DNA from: Anaeramoeba ignava BMAN
Lineage: Eukaryota; Protista; Anaeramoebae
Reading direction: 5' to 3'
Assembly: GCA_028826165.1 (NCBI GenBank)
Contig: JAPDFW010000041.1
Location: 1-56,540, forward strand
DNA length: 56,540 bases
The first letter of the stretch is position 1. The number at the start of each line of letters is the position of its first letter. Under the pieces are notes generated by a model. The model was given only the letters and a program-made list of their open reading frames with translations, had not been told where the DNA came from and ran no database searches. The translations under genes and the position numbers were made by a program. Below, piece after piece: positions 27,701 through 38,152 of this stretch.

Positions 27701-30700
27701 CAAACATGCTTGCTAAATGAAGAGCAGTTTTCCCAGCGGAGTTTTTCCTTTCGACATCAACACCTCTCGCAACCAAGAAGTTAAGTGCGATATCTTGACC
27801 ACTTTCCGCATCAAGATGAAGCACTGTATTTCCTTCTTTGTCCGTTAATTCCAAATTTCCTCCCGTTTTTTCGATCCAAGCAAGAAATTTGAATTTTTCA
27901 TATATTGAGGAATAATGGATTGCATAACGACCTTTGCTGTCTATTCTTTGGTCGAGATCTTTTCCTCTTTCCGCGACCAATTTGATGCAGCTCAGCATCT
28001 TGTTATTTGCCACGCAAAGATGCAACGGCGGCATCCCATCTGTTGTTGGTGTAAGTGGGATTCCTTTTGAAAGTAACAATTCAAGAATTTCGGCTTGTTC
28101 TTCCTTTATTGCGTAATGAAGTGCGTTGTCGCCGTTGGGATCTGTGAGAGAAAGGTCTGCGCGTTGTTCCACAATAATGCGCGCGATTTGGTCGTTATGA
28201 GCAAGGATGCTCATCATCAAAGGAGTCCTGTTTTGTTCATCTCGTGCATTGATATCTGCACGTTTTTTCCATTTCTTGCTGAATAATATTTCTACTAAAT
28301 TTTTATGTTCTTTGCGAATGCATATATGGATTACTGCTTCCTTGTTTGGTGTGTATATGTTAGGATCCGCTCCCCGTTCGAGAAGCGCTGCAAAACTTAT
28401 CTCGTTTCCTTTTTCTGCTGCAAGGTGCAAAGGCACCAATCCTTCATTATTCTCTTTGTTTTCGTTGATTTTTTTCTTTTTGAGAACAATTTGTGTTAAA
28501 AGTCCCATTTCATATAAAATTGAATAATGAAGTGCGTTGTTTCCGTTTGTGTCTGTTGCTTGGGTTTTTGCTTTTTTGCTTATTAAATATTGTGCTATTT
28601 CTTTTTGTTTTTCTCTTATTCGCTGAAGAAGTGGTGTAAGTTGTTCTTTGTTTGTTGATTCGATATTTGCTCCTGATTGAAGAAGGAGTTGAACTATTTC
28701 GAGTTTTCCTTGTTTGATTGCGATATGAATAGCTTTATTACCGTATACATCAACAGCTTTTTTTTTAAAAATTCAATTCAATTCAAAATTTAATTTAATT
28801 TAATTTAATTCAAAATTTATTTAAAATTTAATTCAATTTAATTCAATTCAATTTAATTTAATTTAATTTAATTTAATTTAATTTAATTCAATTTAATTCA
28901 ATTCAAAAATTCAATTCAATTCAAAATTTAATTTAATTTAATTTAATTTAATTTAATTTAATTTAATTTAATTTAAAAATTTAATTTAATTCAATTCAAA
29001 ATTTAATTTAATTTAATTTAATTTAAAATTTAATTTAATTTAATTTAATTTAATTTAATTTAATTTAATTTAATTCAAAATTTACATTCTAAATCAACTT
29101 TTTTCTTAATAAACTTCTTTAATTTATTAACATTTCCTGATTCAACTAATTCATGAAATCGACTTTTTGCACCATGTTTAAGTAATAATTCACAGATTTC
29201 CATATTATTATTTTGTTGAGCTAACAACAAAGGAGTAGCACCATTACTATCTGAAGAATTAGGCAAAGCACCAGCTTTAAGAAGAAGATTAACAATTTCT
29301 TTGTGGCCACTTTCTGCGGCATAATGAAGTGGAGAACGATTATCTTTTGATAAACATAAAACAGCAGATTTGTTCTCAAGAATCTGCTCAATTATATTCC
29401 TTGTTCCATATTTTGCTGATAAATGAACTGGGAGCATTCCTTCAGAATTATATGGAATTTTTTGTGATGATAATGTTATTAATTGATGATACGCTTCAAG
29501 TGTTCCTGCTTTTGCTGATATGTGTAATGCAAGATTGCCTTGTTTGTCTGTTATTTCATTCAGTCCTTTATCTTGTGATAATAAATAAAATATTGATTTT
29601 GATGAATTTGCTTGTGCTGCCCAATGGAGCGCAGTCCTAAAAAATTCAAATTTAATTATAAATTTTGTTTTAAATTTTGTTATAAATTTTGTTATAAATT
29701 TAATTATAAATTTAGTTATAAATTTTGTTATAAATTTAGTTATAAATTTTGTTATAAATTTAGTTATAAATTTTGTTTTAAATTTAATTATAAATTTAAT
29801 TATAGATTTAATTATAAATTTTGTTTTAAATTTAGTTTTAAATTTAATTATAAATTTAATTATAAATTGTTTTAGATTGTTTTAAATTGTTTTAGATTGC
29901 TTTAGATTGTTTTAAATTTAATTTTAAATTTTGTTATAAATTTAATTATAAATTTAATTATAAATTTTGTTTTAAATTTAGTTTTAAATTTTATTTTAAA
30001 TTTAATTATAAATTTTGTTTTAAATTTTGTTATAAATTTTATTATAAATTGTTTTAGATTGTTTTAAATTGTTTTAAATTGTTTTAAATTTAATTATAAA
30101 TTGTTTTAGATTGCTTTAGATTGTTTTAGATTGTTTTAGATTGTTTTAGATTGTTTTAGATTGTTTTAAATTTTGCTTTAGATTTTGTTTTAAATTTAAT
30201 TATAAATTTAGTTATAAATTTAATTATAAATTTTGTTTTAAATTTTATTATAAATTTTGTTTTAAATTTTGTTTTAAATTTTGTTATAAATTTTGTTTTA
30301 AATTTAGTTTTAAATTTTGTTTTAAATTTAATTATAAATTTAGTTATAAATTTAATTATAAATTTTGTTTTAAATTTAATTATAAATTTTGTTTTAAACT
30401 TTGTTTTAAATTTAGTTTTAAATTTAATTATAAATTTAATTATAAATTTAGTTATAAATTTAATTATAAATTTTGTTTTAAATTTAATTATAAATTTTAT
30501 TATAAATTTAATTATAAATTTAATTATAAATTTTGTTTTAAATTTAATTATAAATTTTGTTTTAAATTTAATTATAAATTTTGTTATAAATTTTGTTATA
30601 AATTTAATTATAAATTTTGTTTTAAATTTTGTTATAAATTTTGTTTTAAATTTTGCTTTAGATTTTGTTTTAAATTTTGTTATAAATTTTGTTTTAAATT

Positions 30701-31381
30701 TAATTATAAATTTTGTTTTAGATTGTTTTAGATTGTTTTAGATTGTTTTAAATTGTTTTAGATTGTTTTAAATTTTGCTTTAAATTTAATTATAAATTTT
30801 ATTTTAAATTGTTTTAGATTGTTTTAAATTTAATTTTAGATTGTTTTAGATTGTTTTAGATTGTTTTAGATTGTTTTAGATTGTTTTAGATTGTTTTAGA
30901 TTGTTTTAGATTGTTTTAGATTGTTTTAGATTGTTTTAAATTGTTTTAAATTGTTTTAAATTTAATTATAAATTGTTTTAGATTGCTTTAAATTGTTTTA
31001 GATTGTTTTAGATTGCTTTAAATTGTTTTAAATTTTGCTTTAGATTTGAATTTACCATCCTTGATAATCAACAATCCTTGTGCCTGCTTGTTTACTTAAT
31101 AAAAATCTCACAAATCTATGATTATTTCTTTGACAAGCAAATTGAAGAGGAGTTAAAGCAGATTTATCAATTAAATTTATATCAATATGAAAATCAACTA
31201 AAAGTTTTCCAAGTTCATAATTATCATTCTCAATTGATAAATGAAGAGCTGATTGCCCTTTTTCATTAAGTTCATTGATTTCAACAGTTGCATTTGGATC
31301 ATTTAATATTGATGCTATTTTTGTTTTATCTCCTGTACTACATGAATTTAAAAAGCTATTTGTTCTAGATCTTTTTTTCAT
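24708..31381 (-). CDS. Ankyrin-repeat RhoGEF (Dbl homology + split PH domain); two satellite-filled introns; apparent frameshifts at about 28510 and 29440-29570
   Basis: Many ankyrin repeats (GKTALHLASMFGHEKCVSTLVDARA). DH motifs RTSAFREIVDTERNYVSSL and LAGILIKPVQRVGQYPLLLEAFIKPTPKSHPDY. PH motifs RKFILEGLL...YLFLFNDFLIIC...WVKTL. Introns 29637-31055 (join QGW-TALHWAA) and 28757-29085 (join LES-VDVYGNKAIH). Confidence 0.9.
28757..29085 (-). repeat. Intron filled with a 5-bp repeat (AATTT/AATTC)n
   Basis: GTAAAT...AAAG boundaries on the minus strand; pentamer array inside. Confidence 0.85.
29637..31055 (-). repeat. 1419-nt intron filled with mixed 10-12-bp satellite units (AAATTTAATTAT, AAATTTTGTTTT, AGATTGTTTT)
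   Basis: GTAAAT...TTTAG boundaries restore an ankyrin repeat; tandem units are visible throughout. Confidence 0.88.
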
Positions 31382-31439
31382 TTCAAAAAAAATACAAAAG
31401 GAAAAAAAATTTTTTATAAATTTGTTTTGTTTTGTTTTG

Positions 31440-31470
<31 letters not shown>

Positions 31471-31786
31471 TGGGGTTTTTTTTTAAAAAAAAGAAAGATT
31501 GAAAATTGAAAATTGAAAAATGAAAATTTTAAAAATTTTGGATTAAAAAAATAAAAATGAAAAAAATAAAAATGAAAAAAAAAAAAATTTTATTTTATTT
31601 AATTTTCTTTTCATTTTTAAACTTAAATTTTAAAAAGTTAAATAAAGATTATTCCCTGATTTGACCCCTAAAAAAAAATTTTCCAACTCTGATTTTTCAT
31701 TATTTTTTAATTTTTTTCATTTTTTTTAATTTTTTTTTCATTTTTTTTTCATTTGCAAATATAAATAAATAAATATAAATATCAAA

Positions 31787-33841
31787 ATGCAAAGTTCATC
31801 AGAAACTGATTCAGAAAAAACATATTTAATCCAAAAAAAACAACCAATGATTAATAAATATAAGGAAATTAAAGCTTTACTTTCTTTAACATTTCCTTTA
31901 ATTCTTGAAAATTTAGCTGTTGTACTTTTTCAAGTTGTAAATTTAATTTCTTTGGGACATCTTGGAGAAGAAGAATTAGCAGGATGTTCTTTAGGTTCAA
32001 TTTTATGGGCAATCTCTATTATGTTTCCACTTGGTTTTGTTCATGCTCTTGATGCTTTTATTTCTCAAGCTCATGGCGCAAAAAATGAAAGACTTGTTGG
32101 TGTTTATGTTTATCAATCTTATTTTATAATGATAATTCTCGCTATTCCTATTGCTTTTCTTTGGTATTTTTCTGGTTCTGTTATGACTGCTTTGAAACAA
32201 GATCATGTTGTTGCTAATTATGCAAGAAAATATCTCATTTGGCAAATTCCTGCTTTGATTCCCTATTTGTTTTTATCAGTTATTCAAGAATGTTTTCAAA
32301 ATTTACAAATTGTTATTGCTCCTTTAGTAATCAATCTTATTGGATTTGGGATTAGTGTTTTTTTGAATTTTGGATTTGTTTATGGTGTTTTCCATTTACC
32401 TAAACTTGGATTTATTGGATCACCAATAGCAACTTCCATATCTGAATTTATTATGTTTGTTTTGATGTATATCTATTTAAAAGTTAAGAAAATTGATAAA
32501 GAATGGAAACTTGAAAAATCAGTATTTAATCCACTTAATTTAATTCCTTTTGTAAAAGTTGGATTGCCAATAGTTTTCACATTGTTAGTAGAAGATCTAA
32601 TATATGAATTAACATTATTTCTTGCAGGAGCAATGGGAACAATTCAAATGGGTGTTCATACAGTTTTAGTTAATATTGATTATCTTTTATATTCCATTGC
32701 TCTTGGATTTTCAGTAGGAGTATCAACAAGAATAGGATATTTTTTAGGATCTGGAGATCCAATATCAGCAATATTAAGCGCAAGATGTAGTTATTTTATT
32801 GGATTTATAATTGGATCAATTAATTTTTTAATAGAAATTTTACTAAGAAAACATCTTGGATATATTTTCAGTTCATCAAAAACAATTATTAATCAAGTTT
32901 CACAAATTGCTTATTATAGTGCTCCAAATGCATTTATATATGCCAATTATATGACATTTGAAGGAATTATGAGAGGAATAGGATCTAATGTTCCAGGATT
33001 TTTATTTACATTTTTTGGATTTTTAGTAATTTCATCAGCACTTTCTTTTGTATTCTTTTTTGAAACAAATCTTGAAGTAAAAGGATTATGGATCGCAATT
33101 ATTATTGGAATATCATGTTCAGCTATTGCAGTTATTTTCTTTTTTTTAAGAAGAATTAATTGGAAAAAACAATCAGATATTGCAGTATTAAGAGCAACAC
33201 ATGAATGGTCATCAAGAAGTGAATCTGAAAGTGATGAAGATGAAAAAAAGAAAAAGAAAAAGAAAAAGAAAACAAAAAAGAAAACAAAAATGCAAACAAA
33301 AAAGAAAGATCGATATAAAAAGAAAGATAAACATAAAGGAACTTTTCTTTCAGAATCAGAATCTAAATCAGAATCAGAATCAAAATCAAAATCAGAATCA
33401 GAATCAAAATCAAAATCAAAATCAATTTCAATTTCAACCTCAAAATCAATCTCAACCTCATCAACATCCTCATCTACTTCAGAATTTCCAAGTGAATTAT
33501 CTGATACTGGAAATGATATTGAAAATGATATTGAAAATGAAAATGAAAATGAAAATGAAAATCAAAACGAAAATCAAAATCAAAATCAAAATCAAAATCA
33601 AAATCAAAATCAAAATCAAAACCAAAATCAAAATATAAATCAAAACCAAAATCAAAATATAAATCAAAATGAAAATGATATTGAAAATCAAAATCAAAAA
33701 ATTCAACAAATAATTTCTGAAAATGATTTTGAAAATGATAATCAAAATAATAATATTATTAATATTGATATTGAAAATGTAAATGAAAAAAGTGATAATT
33801 CAATTGATTTAAATTCAGATTCTTCAGATTCATTTGTATAA
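31787..33841 (+). CDS. MATE family efflux transporter, copy 1 (low-complexity C-terminal tail)
   Basis: LGHLGEEELAGCSLG, ALDAFISQAHGAKN, PKLGFIGSPIATS, GFSVGVSTRIGYFLGSG, KGLWI; about 12 TM segments; eukaryotic/NorM-type motifs. Confidence 0.93.
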   Translation: MQSSSETDSEKTYLIQKKQPMINKYKEIKALLSLTFPLILENLAVVLFQVVNLISLGHLGEEELAGCSLGSILWAISIMFPLGFVHALDAFISQAHGAKNERLVGVYVYQSYFIMIILAIPIAFLWYFSGSVMTALKQDHVVANYARKYLIWQIPALIPYLFLSVIQECFQNLQIVIAPLVINLIGFGISVFLNFGFVYGVFHLPKLGFIGSPIATSISEFIMFVLMYIYLKVKKIDKEWKLEKSVFNPLNLIPFVKVGLPIVFTLLVEDLIYELTLFLAGAMGTIQMGVHTVLVNIDYLLYSIALGFSVGVSTRIGYFLGSGDPISAILSARCSYFIGFIIGSINFLIEILLRKHLGYIFSSSKTIINQVSQIAYYSAPNAFIYANYMTFEGIMRGIGSNVPGFLFTFFGFLVISSALSFVFFFETNLEVKGLWIAIIIGISCSAIAVIFFFLRRINWKKQSDIAVLRATHEWSSRSESESDEDEKKKKKKKKKTKKKTKMQTKKKDRYKKKDKHKGTFLSESESKSESESKSKSESESKSKSKSISISTSKSISTSSTSSSTSEFPSELSDTGNDIENDIENENENENENQNENQNQNQNQNQNQNQNQNQNQNINQNQNQNINQNENDIENQNQKIQQIISENDFENDNQNNNIINIDIENVNEKSDNSIDLNSDSSDSFV

Positions 33842-34048
33842 AAAAAAATATAAACAAAACAAAGAAAGAAAGAAAGAAAGAAAACTTTCTTTTTTTGTGT
33901 TTATTAAATTTTTTTAGATTGAAAATTTTAATTTAAAAATTCATGAAAACTAAAATCAAAATATAAAAAAATTTATTTTTTTTTTCATTTTTTTCATTTT
34001 TTTTAATTGCAAATTTAAATAAAAATAAAAATAAAAAAAAATATCAAA

Positions 34049-35881
34049 ATGCAAAGTTCATCAGAAACTGATTCAGAAAAAACATATTTAATCCAAAAAA
34101 AACAACCAATGGTTAATAAATATAAGGAAATTAGAGCTTTACTTTCTTTAACATTTCCTTTAATTCTTGAAAATTTAGCTGTTGTACTTTTCCAATCAGT
34201 AAATTTAGTTTCTTTGGGACATCTTGGAGAAGAAGAATTAGCAGGATGTTCTTTAGGTTCAATTTTATGGGCAATTTCTACTATGTTTCCACTTGGTTTT
34301 GTTCATGCTCTTGATGCTTTTATTTCTCAAGCTCATGGCGCAAAAAATGAAAGACTTGTTGGTGTTTATGTTTATCAATCTTATTTTATAATGATAATTC
34401 TCGCTATTCCTATTGCTTTTCTTTGGTATTTTTCTGGTTCTGTTATGACTGCTTTGAAACAAGATCATGTTGTTGCTAATTATGCAAGAAAATATCTCAT
34501 TTGGCAAATGCCTGGTTTAGTTCCTTTTTTGTTTTTATCAGTTATTCAAGAATGTTTTCAAAATTTACAAATTGTTATTGCTCCTTTAGTAATCAATCTT
34601 ATTGGATTTGGAGTTAATATTTTTTTGAATTTTGGATTTGTTTATGGTGTTTTCCATTTACCTAAACTTGGATTTATTGGATCACCAATAGCAACTTCTA
34701 TTTCTGAATTTATTATGTTTGTTTTGATGTATATCTATTTAAAAGTCAAGAAAATTGATAAAGAATGGAAACTTGAAAAATCAGTATTTAATCCACTTAA
34801 TTTAGGACCATTTTTAAAAGTTGGATTACCAATAGTTTTCACAATGTTAATTGAAGAATTAATATATGAATTAACATTATTTCTTGCAGGAGCAATGGGA
34901 ACAATTCAAATGGGTGTTCATACAGTTTTAGTTAATATTGATTATCTTTTATATTCCATAGGACTTGGATTTTCAGTAGGAGTATCAACAAGAATAGGAT
35001 ATTTTTTAGGATCTGGAGATCCAATATCAGCAAGATTAAGTACAAGATGTAGTTATTTTATTGGATTTATAATTGGAGCAATTAATAGTTCTATTGTTAT
35101 TTCATTAAGAAAACATCTTGGATACATTTTCAGTTCATCAAAAACAATTATTAACCAAGTTTCACAACTTGCTTATTATAGTGCAGTTCATGCATTTATT
35201 GATGCTAATTATACTACATTTGAAGGAATTATGAGAGGAATAGGATCTAATGTTCCAGGATTTTTAATCACATTTTTTGGATTTTTAACAATTTCAACAA
35301 CACTTTCTTTTGTATTCTTTTTTGAAACCAATCTTGAAGTAAAAGGATTATGGATTTCAATTATTGTTGGAATATCAAGTTCAGCTATTGCAGTTATTTT
35401 CCTATTTTTAAGAAGAGTTAATTGGAAAAAACAATCAGATATTGCAGTATTAAGAGCAACACATGAATGGTCATCAAGTAGTGAATCTGAATCTGAATCT
35501 GAATCTGAAACTGAAACTGATGAATTTATTTCAAAATCATCAACTTCATCTTCAACATTTTCAAGTGAATCATCTGAGAATGAAGATGAAACTGAAAATC
35601 AAGATCAAGATCAAGATCAAGAACATCTTAAAGTTAGTAATCAATCAGAAACTTCATCTTTATCATCTTCAACATTTTCAAGTGAATCATCTGAAACTGA
35701 AGATGAAAATGAAGATGAAAATGAAAATCAAAATCAAAAAATTCAACAAATAATTTCTGAAAATGATTTTGAAAATGATAATCAAAATAATACTATTATT
35801 AATATTGATATTGAAAATGTAAATGAAAAAAGTGATAATTTAATTGATTTAAATTCAGATTCTTCAGATTCATTTGTATAA
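34049..35881 (+). CDS. MATE family efflux transporter, copy 2
   Basis: Near-identical paralogue of the flanking copies with the same motifs. Confidence 0.93.
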   Translation: MQSSSETDSEKTYLIQKKQPMVNKYKEIRALLSLTFPLILENLAVVLFQSVNLVSLGHLGEEELAGCSLGSILWAISTMFPLGFVHALDAFISQAHGAKNERLVGVYVYQSYFIMIILAIPIAFLWYFSGSVMTALKQDHVVANYARKYLIWQMPGLVPFLFLSVIQECFQNLQIVIAPLVINLIGFGVNIFLNFGFVYGVFHLPKLGFIGSPIATSISEFIMFVLMYIYLKVKKIDKEWKLEKSVFNPLNLGPFLKVGLPIVFTMLIEELIYELTLFLAGAMGTIQMGVHTVLVNIDYLLYSIGLGFSVGVSTRIGYFLGSGDPISARLSTRCSYFIGFIIGAINSSIVISLRKHLGYIFSSSKTIINQVSQLAYYSAVHAFIDANYTTFEGIMRGIGSNVPGFLITFFGFLTISTTLSFVFFFETNLEVKGLWISIIVGISSSAIAVIFLFLRRVNWKKQSDIAVLRATHEWSSSSESESESESETETDEFISKSSTSSSTFSSESSENEDETENQDQDQDQEHLKVSNQSETSSLSSSTFSSESSETEDENEDENENQNQKIQQIISENDFENDNQNNTIINIDIENVNEKSDNLIDLNSDSSDSFV

Positions 35882-36113
35882 AAAAAACATAAACAAAACA
35901 AAGAAAGAAAGAAAGAAAACTTTCTTTTTTGTGTGTTTATTAAATTTTTTTAGATTGAAAATTTTAATTTAAAAATTCAAAATAAACCAAAAAAAAAATT
36001 TATTTTTTTCATTTTTCTTCTTTTTTCTTTTCATTTTTTTCCTTTTCTTTTTTCCTAATTTTTTATCTTTAATTAAATTTAAAAAAAAAATAAAAATAAA
36101 AAAAAATATCAAA

Positions 36114-38081
36114 ATGCAAAGTTCATCAGAAACTGATTCAGAAAAAACATATTTAATCCAAAAAAAACAACCAATGATTAATAAATATAAGGAAATTAGA
36201 GCTTTACTTTCTTTAACATTTCCTTTAATTCTTGAAAACTTAATAAATTTTCTTACTCAAATAGTAGATCTTGTTTTTTTGGGACATCTTGGAGAAGAAG
36301 AATTAGCAGGATGTTCTTTAGGTTCAATTTTATGGGCAATTTCTACTATGTTTCCACTTGGTTTTGTTCATGCTCTTGATGCTTTTATTTCTCAAGCTCA
36401 TGGCGCAAAAAATGAAAGACTTGTTGGTGTTTATGTTTATCAATCTTATTTTATAATGATAATTCTTTCTATTCCTATTGCTTTTCTTTGGTATTTTTCT
36501 GGTTCTGTTATGGTTTCTTTGAAACAAGATCATGTTGTTGCTAATTATGCAAGAAAATATCTCATTTGGCAAATGCCTGGTTTAGTTCCTTTTTTGTTTT
36601 TATCAGTTATTCAAGAATGTCTTCAAAATTTACAAATTGTTATTGCTCCTTTAGTAATCAATCTTATTGGATTTGGAGTTAATATTTTTTTGAATTTTGG
36701 ATTTGTTTATGGTGCCTTTCATTTTCCTAAACTTGGATTTATTGGATCACCAGTCTCAACTTCTATTTCTGAATTTATTATGTTTGTTTTGATGTATATC
36801 TATTTAAAAGTCAAGAAAATTGATAAAGAATGGAAACTTGAAAAATCAGTATTTAATCCACTTAATTTAGGACCATTTTTAAAAGTTGGATTACCAATAG
36901 TTTTCACAATGTTAATTGAAGAATTAATATATGAATTAACATTATTTCTTGCAGGAGCAATGGGAACAATTCAAATGGGTGTTCATACAATTTTGGTGAA
37001 TTTTGATTATCTTTTATATTCAATAGGACTTGGATTTTCAGTAGGAGTATCAACAAGAATAGGATATTTTTTAGGATCTGGAGATCCAATATCAGCAAGA
37101 TTAAGTACAAGATGTAGTTATTTTATTGGATTTATAATTGGAGCGATTAATAGTTCTATTGTTATTTCATTAAGAAAACATCTTGGATACATTTTCAGTT
37201 CATCAAAAACAATTATTAATCAAGTTTCACAACTTGCTTATTATAGTGCAGTTCATGCATTTATTGATGCTAATTATACTACATTTGAAGGTGTTATGCA
37301 TGGAATAGGATCTAATGTTCCAGGATTTTTAATCACATTTTTTGGATTTTTAACAATTTCAACAACACTTTCTTTTGTATTCTTTTTTGAACCAAATCTT
37401 GAAGTAAAAGGATTATGGATTTCAATTATTGTTGGAATATCAAGTTCAGCTATTGCAGTTATTTTCCTATTTTTAAGAAGAGTTAATTGGAAAAAACAAT
37501 CAGATATCGCAGTATTAAGAGCAACACATGAATGGTCATCAAGTAGTGAATCTGAATCTGAATCTGAATCTGAAACTGAAAAAGATCATGATGAATTTAT
37601 TTCAAAATCATCAACTTCATCTTCTTCATCTTCTTCATCTTCAACATTTTCAAGTGAATCATCTGAGAATGAAGATGAAAATGAAGATGAAAATGAGAAT
37701 ACGAATTCCAATATAAATATAATTGAAATTCAAAATGAAAATCAAAATGAAAATCAAAACGAAAATGAAATTCAAAATCAAAATCAAAACGAAAATCAAA
37801 ATCAAAATCAAAACGAAAATCAAAATCAAAATAATCAAAATCAAAATAATCAAAATCAAAATAATCAAAATCAAAATAATCAAAATCAAAATCAAAATCA
37901 AAATCAAAATCAAAAATCAAAAGATTTTGATATTGATATTAATATAAATCTTAATTTTGATATTGATTCTGATTCTGATTCTGATTCTGATTCTGATTCT
38001 GATTCTTATAAAGCAAATGAATTAAACAAAAGTGATGATTTAATTGATTTACACTCAAATTCTTCAAATTCATTTGTATAA
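36114..38081 (+). CDS. MATE family efflux transporter, copy 3
   Basis: Same motifs; distinct TM1 and tail. Confidence 0.93.
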   Translation: MQSSSETDSEKTYLIQKKQPMINKYKEIRALLSLTFPLILENLINFLTQIVDLVFLGHLGEEELAGCSLGSILWAISTMFPLGFVHALDAFISQAHGAKNERLVGVYVYQSYFIMIILSIPIAFLWYFSGSVMVSLKQDHVVANYARKYLIWQMPGLVPFLFLSVIQECLQNLQIVIAPLVINLIGFGVNIFLNFGFVYGAFHFPKLGFIGSPVSTSISEFIMFVLMYIYLKVKKIDKEWKLEKSVFNPLNLGPFLKVGLPIVFTMLIEELIYELTLFLAGAMGTIQMGVHTILVNFDYLLYSIGLGFSVGVSTRIGYFLGSGDPISARLSTRCSYFIGFIIGAINSSIVISLRKHLGYIFSSSKTIINQVSQLAYYSAVHAFIDANYTTFEGVMHGIGSNVPGFLITFFGFLTISTTLSFVFFFEPNLEVKGLWISIIVGISSSAIAVIFLFLRRVNWKKQSDIAVLRATHEWSSSSESESESESETEKDHDEFISKSSTSSSSSSSSSTFSSESSENEDENEDENENTNSNINIIEIQNENQNENQNENEIQNQNQNENQNQNQNENQNQNNQNQNNQNQNNQNQNNQNQNQNQNQNQKSKDFDIDININLNFDIDSDSDSDSDSDSDSYKANELNKSDDLIDLHSNSSNSFV

Positions 38082-38152
38082 AAAATTTTATTTTAATAAA
38101 AAAAAAAATCATTTTTCATTTTTCATTTTTCATTTTTCATTTTTTAAATTAA

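Noticed and set aside
29637-31055. Microexons hidden in the long introns of the ankyrin-RhoGEF and BEACH genes
   Set aside because: I found no sense-strand AG-NNN-GT islands, and the flanking exons already join into complete motifs.
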